Positions 30,160 to 38,463 are shown, counted from the first letter of the stretch. The stretch: 64,000 nucleotides of DNA from Pontiella sp. (GCA_050290185.1 JBNKHE010000005.1:192001-256000); one strand, 5' to 3'. The notes: generated from the sequence alone by a model not told the origin. A program made the numbers and translations.

Positions 30160-30332
30160 GCCGAAATTCCGCCAATTGCAGCCATTCCGAGCAGCCCGAA
30201 CGCGATGGATTTACCAACCCCTCCACCGATCAAGGTCTGGCGGGCACCAGCAATAGCACCGAAGTCATTGCTCGTTGGCCCGTTAGACCCGCCCGTAAAG
30301 GAGGGATTGACAGTTACACCGCCGCCGCCCAC
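30138..30332 (-). CDS. prophage small Gly-rich virion membrane protein (PM2 P8-like), 64 aa
   Basis: GTG start overlapping the upstream TAG; MGGGGVTVNPSFTGGSNG...; C-terminal TM plus basic end. Confidence 0.65.
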   Translation of the reverse strand: MGGGGVTVNPSFTGGSNGPTSNDFGAIAGARQTLIGGGVGKSIAFGLLGMAAIGGISAWLIHKS

Positions 30333-30616
30333 TACTTGCCATCCTTTGATTTCATCCAAAGGCCCATCCCCAGCAGAAGCGAAGTCCCGCCGCCAAACCA
30401 AACCCACTTAGAAATCTTTTTGGGTTTGGCCGGTTCGGCAGGTGCGTTCATTGGAGCGGCAGCAACGGGGGCGGTCGGACTTCCGACCTGTTGACCGTCC
30501 CCATTGAATCCGGTGGCATCGTAGATCCTGCTTGCGGCAGCGTCCGCCCCCGCCGTGACCAGTCGCTGACCAACGTTCGAGTTTAGACCGCTGTTTAATA
30601 GATCCCGAAGAGCCAT
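30332..30616 (-). CDS. prophage virion membrane protein (PM2 P3-like position), 94 aa
   Basis: Directly downstream of the capsid gene; Ala/Pro linker, then C-terminal TM WVWFGGGTSLLLGMGLWM plus KSK. Confidence 0.7.
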   Translation of the reverse strand: MALRDLLNSGLNSNVGQRLVTAGADAAASRIYDATGFNGDGQQVGSPTAPVAAAPMNAPAEPAKPKKISKWVWFGGGTSLLLGMGLWMKSKDGK

Positions 30617-30618
30617 GG

Positions 30619-31506
30619 CTACGCCGCCTTTCGATCCTTGAAGATCTGTTCGTACCACAGGCGACCGTTCGAGGTTACGCCAGCACCGTCATCCGCGAAA
30701 TTCGGAGTGACCAGGAGCGACCCCAGGCCGGTTTCGAAGAAATACGCCGGAACGTCTTCCTTGTTGAAATCGACCGTCGCAAATCCAGCCTGCGGCGAAC
30801 GATAGCGGTACTCCAGCCATCTGTTGATGATGACCTGGGGAACATCCCGATAGGGATACTGCTTGGAGTTGATTGCGACTGTCCAATCGGCAACCGACAA
30901 GTGCGCGGGCTCCTCGAAGTGAAGGGCATTCAGGCACAGGTTCGGATTGTCGAACGGAATCGTCGAGATTTCAACCTGTCCGCCACCGGCAGGAACCGTC
31001 ACCGACTGACTGCCGATACGAACGTGGTCGCCCAGTTCCTGTTTCAGGTTGAAGTCCACGTCTGCCCAGATGTCGATCCGGGTGCATCCGGTCGTATCGG
31101 CAGAATATTGGAACTCCGCCGTCATGGCCTTAAGATCCGCGGTTCCGATCGTCAACTGGTTGCGACGGCCTTCGTCCTTGCCAACACCGGCAGCAGGATC
31201 AAAGTTGATCTGCGACGCACTTGCGGCCACGCCGATCGTTTCATAATGAAACGCATCGCGATAATTCAGGAACGAGGGAGTCACCTTATTGAGCAGCGCG
31301 AATCCGTCGCCGTTCTGGTGGTCGACACTCAGTGTCAAATTGGCGAGTGCATCAGCAAGCGCCGTGCCCGCACATAACGTGCCGCCATTCCACCCCTGGA
31401 AAATGAACTTCCCGAAAGTGCCCTGGTGCTTGATGTCGATTTCAATCGGTTCATTGCCGCCATCTGAGACATTCACCGATCCGATTTTGAGAGGATTCCG
31501 AATCAT
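30619..31506 (-). CDS. double-jelly-roll major capsid protein, PM2 P2-like (295 aa)
   Basis: Segments RRNQLTIGTADLKAMTAEF, GQVEISTIP...LNALHF and QAGFATVDF occur in the same order as similar segments of PM2 P2 as I recall it (RMFALGTVGL, GTTEIADLP...IAAIHI, TYTIDF). Size and gene context fit. Start ATG 31506 is coupled by TAATG. Confidence 0.82.
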   Translation of the reverse strand: MIRNPLKIGSVNVSDGGNEPIEIDIKHQGTFGKFIFQGWNGGTLCAGTALADALANLTLSVDHQNGDGFALLNKVTPSFLNYRDAFHYETIGVAASASQINFDPAAGVGKDEGRRNQLTIGTADLKAMTAEFQYSADTTGCTRIDIWADVDFNLKQELGDHVRIGSQSVTVPAGGGQVEISTIPFDNPNLCLNALHFEEPAHLSVADWTVAINSKQYPYRDVPQVIINRWLEYRYRSPQAGFATVDFNKEDVPAYFFETGLGSLLVTPNFADDGAGVTSNGRLWYEQIFKDRKAA

Positions 31507-31667
31507 TACGCGGCCGCCTTTCCTGTTGCGCCTGCGACGGTCGACTTGACCCTCGCTTCGGCTTTCATCATCGCACCGTGCAGACGGTTCGCGATCATTG
31601 ACCCGACCACAACCAGGGCAACTAAGCCCAAAGGGTTGGCCGGTAGCATTTTTTTCTTCGCACTCAT
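31506..31667 (-). CDS. prophage small membrane protein upstream of the capsid gene (PM2 P7-like position), 53 aa
   Basis: AAGGAG RBS; MSAKKKMLPANPLGLVALVVVGSMIANRL...; not in the ORF track. Confidence 0.75.
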   Translation of the reverse strand: MSAKKKMLPANPLGLVALVVVGSMIANRLHGAMMKAEARVKSTVAGATGKAAA

Positions 31668-31760
31668 GTTGGCTTTTCTCCTTGGTTGTGATTTCCAACT
31701 TTCAGAAATAATTGTTTCACGGAAAAAAGCCGTTGGTCAGTTCGAGCGGAATTTCGCGGG

Positions 31761-31799
31761 AAAAAAGAAAGGGAACCCCTGAAATAAAGGGATTCCCTT
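31761..31799 (-). terminator. intrinsic terminator between the replication/packaging genes and the capsid operon
   Basis: Minus strand: AAGGGAATCCCT-loop-AGGGGTTCCCTT followed by TCTTTTTT. Confidence 0.7.
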
Positions 31800-31828
31800 G
31801 CGAAATTTTACTAATTTTGTGCGGTCAG

Positions 31829-31990
31829 TTAATGCATTTTCGAGCGCATTTCAATCCAGTCATTGAAAAGATACCTTTCCGCTGTCCGCTCAAACGCAGT
31901 TGATTCGTTCCACATTACTTCTGTCCAACCTCTACGGATAAGGAACCGCTTATATGGCAAATCAAGCTTCAGGCACTCCCAAAAACTCAT
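31829..31990 (-). CDS. prophage 53-aa protein, paralogue of the N-terminus of the 26811-27152 product
   Basis: GAGGTGGAG RBS; MSFWECLKLDLPYKRFLIRRGWTEVMWNESTAFERTAE...; 19/42 ungapped identities (manual count). Confidence 0.75.
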   Translation of the reverse strand: MSFWECLKLDLPYKRFLIRRGWTEVMWNESTAFERTAERYLFNDWIEMRSKMH

Positions 31991-32018
31991 TATTCTCCAC
32001 CTCTGCTAAGTTGTTGTT

Positions 32019-32207
32019 CTACCTTTTCGATCCAGATACTTTGTGCCAAACATAAGAACCAATTCCAGCATTCGGGTATTTGTTTCTGAACACTTTATAG
32101 TCAATGGTTGTGCATCCTCCAATCACCCCAAATACAATCAGAATGAACCCGAAAATTACCCAGTAGTCTTTGAATTTTCTCATAGCTTTATTCATGTGCA
32201 TCTCCAT
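32019..32207 (-). CDS. prophage small membrane protein or lipoprotein
   Basis: Hydrophobic stretch WVIFGFILIVFGVIGG followed by Cys. Confidence 0.6.
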   Translation of the reverse strand: MEMHMNKAMRKFKDYWVIFGFILIVFGVIGGCTTIDYKVFRNKYPNAGIGSYVWHKVSGSKR

Positions 32208-32435
32208 TTATTTCCCGCCCCTCACCAACTTCCACCAGTGCCGCCGTGCCGTGCGTTCTGAGCAGCCGACGGTCTTGGCCACCTGCGCCGGTGTAACATC
32301 GGCCAACCCGCGCGGATCAGCGACAATCAGTAAATTCCAAAGTGCGACAACTTGAGGAAAAAAGCCACGCTTTGGTTTTTTACTGGACCCCGACCCAACT
32401 ACTTGTCCCCGGTTCCCCGTACCATGCTGTTCCAT
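32208..32435 (-). CDS. prophage helix-turn-helix protein (start uncertain)
   Basis: TPAQVAKTVGCSERTARRHW HTH signature. Confidence 0.65.
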   Translation of the reverse strand: MEQHGTGNRGQVVGSGSSKKPKRGFFPQVVALWNLLIVADPRGLADVTPAQVAKTVGCSERTARRHWWKLVRGGK

Positions 32436-32979
32436 AAAAAAAACTCCCCAAACCACGTTTTCCGATATATCTACCCAGCGGAAGTTCACTGCATTCACCG
32501 AATTTCGTCCCCAGGCATTTTTTTACCCAATCGATTGCGGATGGTTCGTCCAAGGTGAACACGTATCGATTTCGGCAATTCGCCCGGACCGTTGGAGCCA
32601 TATGTGTTGGAAACTGGCTCTGCACCCATAACTCGATTCCGTATGACCGCCCCGAGTTCGGAATCATTTCCAGGCCGTTCACGCCTTTCCATTTCCAGTT
32701 CCAGGCTTCATCCACAATGGCCATTGTGTCCACAAATCCACGCTTCGGAGCACGGCACTTATTGATGACGGCCATAAAACGATCCTGCCGCATCGTTTTG
32801 TACAACCTGGGATGATTTGGCAGATCCTCGTATTCATCCAGCTTGCTTCCCAACCAAACAACCTTCATCCCGTTGTTTAAGAAGAACCGCATCCGCGCAT
32901 TAGTTAGAACCCCCTTCCCTGCCCCGGTGGCTCCCAACACCATATTGTGTTCAAGGAATTTAATCATCGGCTGTTTCAT
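32380..32979 (-). CDS. FtsK/HerA-superfamily genome-packaging ATPase (P9/A32-like), 199 aa
   Basis: Walker A VLGATGAGKG, Walker B MAIVDEA, arginine finger GRSYGI, sensor SQFP, VRANC; no TM segment. Confidence 0.88.
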   Translation of the reverse strand: MKQPMIKFLEHNMVLGATGAGKGVLTNARMRFFLNNGMKVVWLGSKLDEYEDLPNHPRLYKTMRQDRFMAVINKCRAPKRGFVDTMAIVDEAWNWKWKGVNGLEMIPNSGRSYGIELWVQSQFPTHMAPTVRANCRNRYVFTLDEPSAIDWVKKCLGTKFGECSELPLGRYIGKRGLGSFFYGTAWYGEPGTSSWVGVQ

Positions 32980-33193
32980 CGTCGCACCCCGGAATTTCCT
33001 CTTCGTCGCCATGCACGATATGCGAAATGAACTCTCGATTGATTTTTTCATTTCGCGCCTCACGAAGTTCCTCAAAAAGCCTGATTAGAGAAATTCCAAG
33101 CAGCAATCCACCAAACGTCACTAACACCCCACGAATATATGCAGCGTCAGCTATCAATATCTCTCGCTCTGTTAGCTTAAGATTTTCCATCAA
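32960..33193 (-). CDS. prophage small membrane protein
   Basis: Central TM GVLVTFGGLLLGISLIRLF; overlaps both neighbours. Confidence 0.65.
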   Translation of the reverse strand: MMENLKLTEREILIADAAYIRGVLVTFGGLLLGISLIRLFEELREARNEKINREFISHIVHGDEEEIPGCDDETADD

Positions 33194-34065
33194 GATGCCT
33201 CCTGTTCATGCTCAGAGTCCACAGCAACCGGGACGGGAGATCCTTCGCCAAGAATAACCTTCAGAACCGGGAATTTCTCACCGAGAGCCCCAAGCACATT
33301 CTGGCGGATCATCACGGCAGCGGCATCCATCCTGGACTTGCATTGGGGTTCGTTTTTCGCCATGGCCGAAATAGAAGCAAAGACCGCAACCGGAAAAGCA
33401 AGGTTCGGGTGAAGGTCGAACTTATGTCCAGTCTCCCCCTCCCACTCCTCGCAGGCGTCAACCAGATCACCGTATTCTTCGCTTTTTTTCTGCCGATGAA
33501 TTTCCGGCCCGACAACAAGTCCCGCTCCTAGAATTATTCCATTCGCAGTTTTTTCCGCGCTCTTGCGTTTCTTCCGTTCCTGTCTGGAAGTTTCCACTAC
33601 ACGCTCTTCTTCAACGGCCTTTTCTTCCTGCAATTCATCGTCATTCGGCGGAAATACACGTTTTTCCTGAATTTCCTCCTGTGCAATTTCCGGCTCGGAA
33701 ATTTCCTCCTCAACCTCTTCTTTGTGGCTGAAAAAGTTTTTTACCGAGTCGGTAATTTTCTGCTTGGCCGACTTTTTAAATTCCTTTTTCAGCAGCAGCT
33801 GATTCTTGCTGCCAAGAACCGGTTGTCCGTTCGGGTGCGTCTTGTGCCGAACGGCATCGAAGATTTCACCTTTAATTTCATCGCCCGGTTGATAGTCCGT
33901 TTTTGGGCTGTCCAAATCTGGTGAAATGGCGTCGCCAGATTCAACGGGCGAAAAGTCCAGACCACCTTCGTTTACGATATCAAGAGTAGCCTGCATTTCC
34001 TCATCAAGCATACGAACCTCCTCATATTCAGCAGGGGCCGGAAGCAACATTTGAGTCCGTTCCAT
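33190..34065 (-). CDS. prophage acidic protein with C-terminal hydrophobic segments (possible assembly factor)
   Basis: 291-aa ORF upstream of the ATPase; function inferred from position only. Confidence 0.65.
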   Translation of the reverse strand: MERTQMLLPAPAEYEEVRMLDEEMQATLDIVNEGGLDFSPVESGDAISPDLDSPKTDYQPGDEIKGEIFDAVRHKTHPNGQPVLGSKNQLLLKKEFKKSAKQKITDSVKNFFSHKEEVEEEISEPEIAQEEIQEKRVFPPNDDELQEEKAVEEERVVETSRQERKKRKSAEKTANGIILGAGLVVGPEIHRQKKSEEYGDLVDACEEWEGETGHKFDLHPNLAFPVAVFASISAMAKNEPQCKSRMDAAAVMIRQNVLGALGEKFPVLKVILGEGSPVPVAVDSEHEQEAS

Positions 34066-34067
34066 CT

Positions 34068-34262
34068 CTAGGACTCCACCACTTTGACAGTAACGTCATC
34101 ATTTGCATAAATTGATATCTTATACCCAGCCGGTTGATTCCTGTTCAGCGGTTGCTTTTTCAGGACTTTCGCACCACTCGCTTTTTTCGCCGCCTCGAAA
34201 GCGTTCTTCGCGTCAACGAATTGATGACCACCACCGTTTACATGTACTTTGAACCGTCTCAT
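34068..34262 (-). CDS. prophage hypothetical protein
   Basis: 64 aa, AAGGAG RBS, tightly packed in the operon. Confidence 0.6.
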   Translation of the reverse strand: MRRFKVHVNGGGHQFVDAKNAFEAAKKASGAKVLKKQPLNRNQPAGYKISIYANDDVTVKVVES

Positions 34263-34265
34263 TCT

Positions 34266-34457
34266 CTATGCTCCTTTGTTGTCTTCTATTGCTGAACTCA
34301 CTTTCAATTTCACGAACGCCGTTGCGTCCGCGATTGCCTTTTTCGCCTCCTTGGGCGAGTCCTTTGTTCCCATCGGAATCCACTGTTCGAAAAGTTCCAG
34401 TGAACTTTTGATAATTTTCGCTTCATCCTCGGAAATTTGTAGTGAGATGATTTTCAT
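34266..34457 (-). CDS. prophage hypothetical protein
   Basis: 63 aa, tightly packed after ssb. Confidence 0.6.
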   Translation of the reverse strand: MKIISLQISEDEAKIIKSSLELFEQWIPMGTKDSPKEAKKAIADATAFVKLKVSSAIEDNKGA

Positions 34458-34459
34458 GG

Positions 34460-34867
34460 TTAGAACGGAATATCATCTTCGTACTCAACCGCGCCACCTG
34501 GAGCCCGGGATTCATCAGGAATTGGCGCGCCCTTTTTTCCCGATCCAAGGAACTGCACGCGATCCGCCCGGACGCGCAGCTTTTGCCGCTTCTCGCCGCC
34601 ATCGGTTTCCCATTGGTCGAGCTGCAACCGGCCTTCGACAAACACGGGCGATCCCTTGGTCAGATATTCCGCCGAGGTTTCCGCCTGGCGGCCCCAAACA
34701 ATCACATCCACGAAACAGACCTGCTCCACCTTCTCGCCTGCCTTGTTCTTGAATGTCTCATTCATCGCCAATCCGATTTCAGCCACCGCCGTTCCCGTCG
34801 CCGTATGCCTCAAATCCACATCGCGTGTCAGATTTCCCATCACTAGCACTCTGTTATAGCTCGCCAT
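34460..34867 (-). CDS. ssb: single-stranded DNA-binding protein (prophage copy)
   Basis: NRVLVMGNLTRD, WGRQAE...YLTKGSPVFVEGRL, C-terminal DDIPF. Confidence 0.95.
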   Translation of the reverse strand: MASYNRVLVMGNLTRDVDLRHTATGTAVAEIGLAMNETFKNKAGEKVEQVCFVDVIVWGRQAETSAEYLTKGSPVFVEGRLQLDQWETDGGEKRQKLRVRADRVQFLGSGKKGAPIPDESRAPGGAVEYEDDIPF

Positions 34868-36527
34868 CGTCGTATCCTTTCTTTATGTCGTTCCACTCTT
34901 GCCACACGGCATGAGCTTCCTCGTGTTTCCCTTCATCATGGAGCCGTCTATATTTTTTCCGGAACTCGCGTTCTTGGGCCTCCATATATTTCTGCTCCAT
35001 TGATTTCTTCCGTTCCCGTTCTGCAAACCGCTCCGCCTTGTCCTTCATAATTTGCTCAAACACTTCATCGACGGTTCGTGGGTCGCCCCATTTTAAATCG
35101 AATTTCCACCCATCTTTTCCAAGTGCTACAACACGCAGCATCCCGAGAACCCACGATTCAAATTGGTCATAATTCCGAAACGAATATTTCGATTCATTCG
35201 TCACCGGACGTTTTGGAATCACGAATCCCTTATTCCATGCAGCGGCTTCAAGAACTCCAAATGCCTGCTTTATCAAGGCTTCCACGTCTGCATTATCCGG
35301 CTCAACTATGACAAGAGGCTCAGGAGCCCCGAAATTCCGGCTAAATGTATCCTGTACGATTTTCCATTTTACCGATGTCCTGTCTTTTTCCGGATGTTTG
35401 ACATTGCGGCGCTTCGTTAAAAAACGGAACCAACGCATAATTTTCATACGCTTGCTTTTCTGGCAAAACATCGGGTCATCACGAGCGCCAGTTAGATACC
35501 CCAAAACAGCGCCTCCCTTGGCCTTCCAGTCGGCATACGAATCAATCCCCCACTCTCGCAGTTTGTCGCGTGAGATTTGATATTCGACACGCACCGCGCT
35601 TTCTGGCCGTTCACCGCCCCACCGCTTTTTAATCATGTGTTCAAAGCGGATAGGCTCACCTCTCAGAGCCTTGGCTTCCATTTCCCCAAGTTTGTCGTAT
35701 ATACGCAGTCGAAGAGGATTATTCCCCCAATAGAGCGTCATTGAGTTCGATTTCTGGAAGTCCAGCGAGTTAGCCCTACATCGCCACTTACGGCCTACGA
35801 ATGCTGAAACGAAATAATCCATCGACCACCCCGGAAAATCCGCGCACGCATCCACGCGGGAAATCATTTCCTTATCGATTTGAACATCCAGCGATTCCAA
35901 CCACTTGATCGCGTCATTGTACGCTTCATCCGCCCCACCTCGATAAACCAGACAAATTTCCCCCGGTATATGGATTTGGACGTTCGGCCATGTCCCGGCA
36001 TAGGTTTCGTTCTCCGCGATTAACACAGTTCCAAAATCAAGCGTCATGCGGTATTTGCAGTATTTGCCGGACTTCCCTGCCCCCTTCCCGATGCTGCCGC
36101 CACCCGGCTGCATTACCGCGCCACCAAGATCAGCGCAATCAATAGGCTTCCGCTGCTCCAAAGCGGCCATTGCGGGGGTGTCAAAAAGCGGGTGAATTTT
36201 GGTCCACTCCAAAAATTTCACTTGAAAATTCAATGTTAGCCAATCAGAGCCGCACCAATACGGATTCTGCGGGGTGTTTCCTTGAGGCTTACGAGGGGGC
36301 ATGTTATCTGTCATGCCCCCGGACGCTGACGCGGACACAGCGGGCGCGGAAATACCAATTTTGGCATCAAATTTCCGAGATGCTTCTAACGCCTTCATAG
36401 CGCCATCAAAATCGCTCACAGTGCCTTCATCGAACAACTTGGCAACCATGACCGCCTCTTCGGACGACACCTCAACTCCGTTAATTTCAGGCACGGTAAA
36501 GGCCTCCTGCTGTGAGAACATCGTCAT
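34854..36527 (-). CDS. rolling-circle replication initiator, Rep_trans (pT181/RstA-like) family
   Basis: DWLTLNF, ISRVDACADF, TLYWG...RLRIYDK, RVEYQ motifs in the expected order. Confidence 0.8.
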   Translation of the reverse strand: MTMFSQQEAFTVPEINGVEVSSEEAVMVAKLFDEGTVSDFDGAMKALEASRKFDAKIGISAPAVSASASGGMTDNMPPRKPQGNTPQNPYWCGSDWLTLNFQVKFLEWTKIHPLFDTPAMAALEQRKPIDCADLGGAVMQPGGGSIGKGAGKSGKYCKYRMTLDFGTVLIAENETYAGTWPNVQIHIPGEICLVYRGGADEAYNDAIKWLESLDVQIDKEMISRVDACADFPGWSMDYFVSAFVGRKWRCRANSLDFQKSNSMTLYWGNNPLRLRIYDKLGEMEAKALRGEPIRFEHMIKKRWGGERPESAVRVEYQISRDKLREWGIDSYADWKAKGGAVLGYLTGARDDPMFCQKSKRMKIMRWFRFLTKRRNVKHPEKDRTSVKWKIVQDTFSRNFGAPEPLVIVEPDNADVEALIKQAFGVLEAAAWNKGFVIPKRPVTNESKYSFRNYDQFESWVLGMLRVVALGKDGWKFDLKWGDPRTVDEVFEQIMKDKAERFAERERKKSMEQKYMEAQEREFRKKYRRLHDEGKHEEAHAVWQEWNDIKKGYDDGEL

Positions 36528-37269
36528 TATCTAGCGGATCCAATAGACGACTATGCTCGATGATAGACGAAAGTAACTCTGGTCCACCGATTTTGTCTAT
36601 GAGTCCGGATAAAATCGCATTGCGTTCCACGGGATCCAGCACAGCCAATTTTGACTGTAGGCGATCGATCTTGCGGCGGATGCGTTGCCGCTCCGTGAAA
36701 TTGCGGCCGACATAGCTATAATCGTGCAGAACTTCCGGCACCCGATAGTTGAACCAGATAATTTCCCGCCGGATGGTGCGGCCCCTGGTTATTGCATCGT
36801 ACTCAAAATGATTCCAATCCCATAGCGCATCGCGGTACAAGCTGCTGTCATAGCCTGAGATGGCCACCATAGCCGATGCCGACGTTATGAGATCCAGCAA
36901 CCGAATATGATCATCCCGGCTCATTTCGGCGGAATACATACTCTTCTTAACCCGCGTTTCTGGGAGATATGGCGGATCGCAATAAACGAAAACATCCTCT
37001 CGATCCAAAACGCTTGGAAGATAATCGAAAGCATCCCTGTGAAGCACCGTCGCGTCTTTACTGCGATCAAGATCATCGTAGACCATGGACATAAGCGACT
37101 CTGCTGCAGCCAAGTCCTTTTCGACTAGCACGGATCCGTGAGACGGTAATTTGTTACGCCACACAGCCGCCGAACCAGCGAACGCTTCCACGTAAAGGCA
37201 ATGCGGCGGAATCAGATTGATTATGTGCTGATACGCACCGCCTGCGTTTTTTCCGCCTGGATACCTCAT
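36487..37269 (-). CDS. DNA adenine methyltransferase (Dam/D12 class)
   Basis: MRYPGGK, YVEAFAGSAAV, VYCDPPY, ISGY, EIIWFNY. Confidence 0.92.
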   Translation of the reverse strand: MRYPGGKNAGGAYQHIINLIPPHCLYVEAFAGSAAVWRNKLPSHGSVLVEKDLAAAESLMSMVYDDLDRSKDATVLHRDAFDYLPSVLDREDVFVYCDPPYLPETRVKKSMYSAEMSRDDHIRLLDLITSASAMVAISGYDSSLYRDALWDWNHFEYDAITRGRTIRREIIWFNYRVPEVLHDYSYVGRNFTERQRIRRKIDRLQSKLAVLDPVERNAILSGLIDKIGGPELLSSIIEHSRLLDPLDNDDVLTAGGLYRA

Positions 37270-37994
37270 CTATTCACCTCGGAAATTGCTGCGTGATAAA
37301 GTAGCCATTTTGCTAGTAATGGCGGCGTTGCTTCGCGTTGGGCTGCTGATAGGTGGTGAATCTGCTTTAATGGTGAAAAGTGCAGCACAGGACGAATTGG
37401 AACGATTTTGGCATAGTCCAATCCCGAGAAAAAAAACCATGTAGGCTTCATCATGGCGTGACCGAAAATCCGTTGAGGAAATTCAAGCGTGAATCCTTTT
37501 TCGTTCGCGTATCCGCCGAATGGCAGCCCTTGATCGGCGAATAGATCCGACGCTGCCGGATGTTCCAGCACTCCACCATTTTCAAGAACCATTCGAACGC
37601 AATGCCGCCCGAGATTGATTTCGCGCCGCTTTGCATCGGGTGCCATGTCGGGCATTCCCTTGAGACTTCCCCATAGGCGACATGGTGGATGTGCCACAAC
37701 CGGCATTCCGCCCGTGAATCTAAATGCATCGCGCCGGATATCCCAAATATCGGCTTCGACTATCTGGCTAAAGTCCTGGTCCTGCTGGCTGTTGCGATCG
37801 AGGAACTGGCTAGAACGCCCGGGCAACTGGCTTTGCTCCTGGTCCTCCTGGCTGCGACTGCCAGATGGCTGGCTTGAATGCCGGCCTAACTGGCTGCTTC
37901 CCTCGATCTGCTGGCCACAACATCCGGAGGACTGGCTATAGACACCTTTTTTTTGGGCACACAGCACTGCAACGCGTCGGAAGTGATAGCTCAT
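37266..37994 (-). CDS. putative DNA cytosine (C5) methyltransferase-like protein with an inserted heptad-repeat segment
   Basis: VVAHPPC (motif IV-like), VLEHP (motif VI-like), FGHAMMKPTW; ATGA coupling at both ends. Confidence 0.7.
   Translation of the reverse strand: MSYHFRRVAVLCAQKKGVYSQSSGCCGQQIEGSSQLGRHSSQPSGSRSQEDQEQSQLPGRSSQFLDRNSQQDQDFSQIVEADIWDIRRDAFRFTGGMPVVAHPPCRLWGSLKGMPDMAPDAKRREINLGRHCVRMVLENGGVLEHPAASDLFADQGLPFGGYANEKGFTLEFPQRIFGHAMMKPTWFFFSGLDYAKIVPIRPVLHFSPLKQIHHLSAAQREATPPLLAKWLLYHAAISEVNR
37764..37937. repeat. array of 9 CTGGCT hexamers at an exact 21-bp period with 8 divergent 15-bp spacers
   Basis: Hexamer starts at 37764, 37785, 37806, 37827, 37848, 37869, 37890, 37911 (CTGGCC) and 37932. 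Confidence 0.92.
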
Positions 37995-38254
37995 ACGAAC
38001 ACCCCCGGCGATGGATTGGCGATGCTGCACGCCGGAAGGTGTCGGGGCCATTGGCCGCCGCAATTCGAACAAAAATAATCTTCCGGTGCGGACGGGTTCC
38101 GGCTTCGCCGGGGGTTTCCGCTTTGGGAGGCAAAGCAGTTGGAATCAGGAATGGCCGGGGTGGACTGCTTCACCTCCGGCAAGGCGCTCGGGACGCTCCC
38201 CAGCGTTGCCCTATCCTCCTTACCGATTAATTTGTCCACCCCGGCCAATGACAT
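37991..38254 (-). CDS. prophage hypothetical protein with CxxC motif
   Basis: 87 aa, TAATG/ATGA coupled; FCSNCGG...H...C. Confidence 0.5.
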   Translation of the reverse strand: MSLAGVDKLIGKEDRATLGSVPSALPEVKQSTPAIPDSNCFASQSGNPRRSRNPSAPEDYFCSNCGGQWPRHLPACSIANPSPGVFV

Positions 38255-38463
38255 TAGAAAAGCTCTTTCTGGACTGGTTTTGGTTTGTCTGACGGTATTT
38301 CCGACAAGCGGAATCGAGGCACTCTGGCGTATGGCGATCCCTCTTTTTTCGGGTCGATGATTTTGCACCAGCCTTTTCCGGCCCATGCCAAAAACGTCAC
38401 CTTGCGAGGGGTGCCGTTGGTCGGCGTGTAGTGGTAATCATGATGAGCTTTAAGCTTGGGCAT
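38254..38463 (-). CDS. prophage hypothetical protein (69 aa)
   Basis: GGAGG RBS; MPKLKAHHDYHY...QKELF; the C-terminus resembles a beta-clamp-binding motif. Confidence 0.6.
   Translation of the reverse strand: MPKLKAHHDYHYTPTNGTPRKVTFLAWAGKGWCKIIDPKKEGSPYARVPRFRLSEIPSDKPKPVQKELF

Noticed and set aside
31507..31698. N-terminal 64-aa extension of the capsid ORF as given in the ORF track (30619-31698)
   Set aside because: The interval is better explained by a separate 53-aa membrane-protein gene with an AAGGAG RBS whose stop overlaps the capsid ATG at 31506.
37764..37937. CRISPR mini-array
   Set aside because: A 6-bp repeat with 15-bp spacers is far below CRISPR dimensions; there is no leader or cas gene, and the array is in frame within a CDS.
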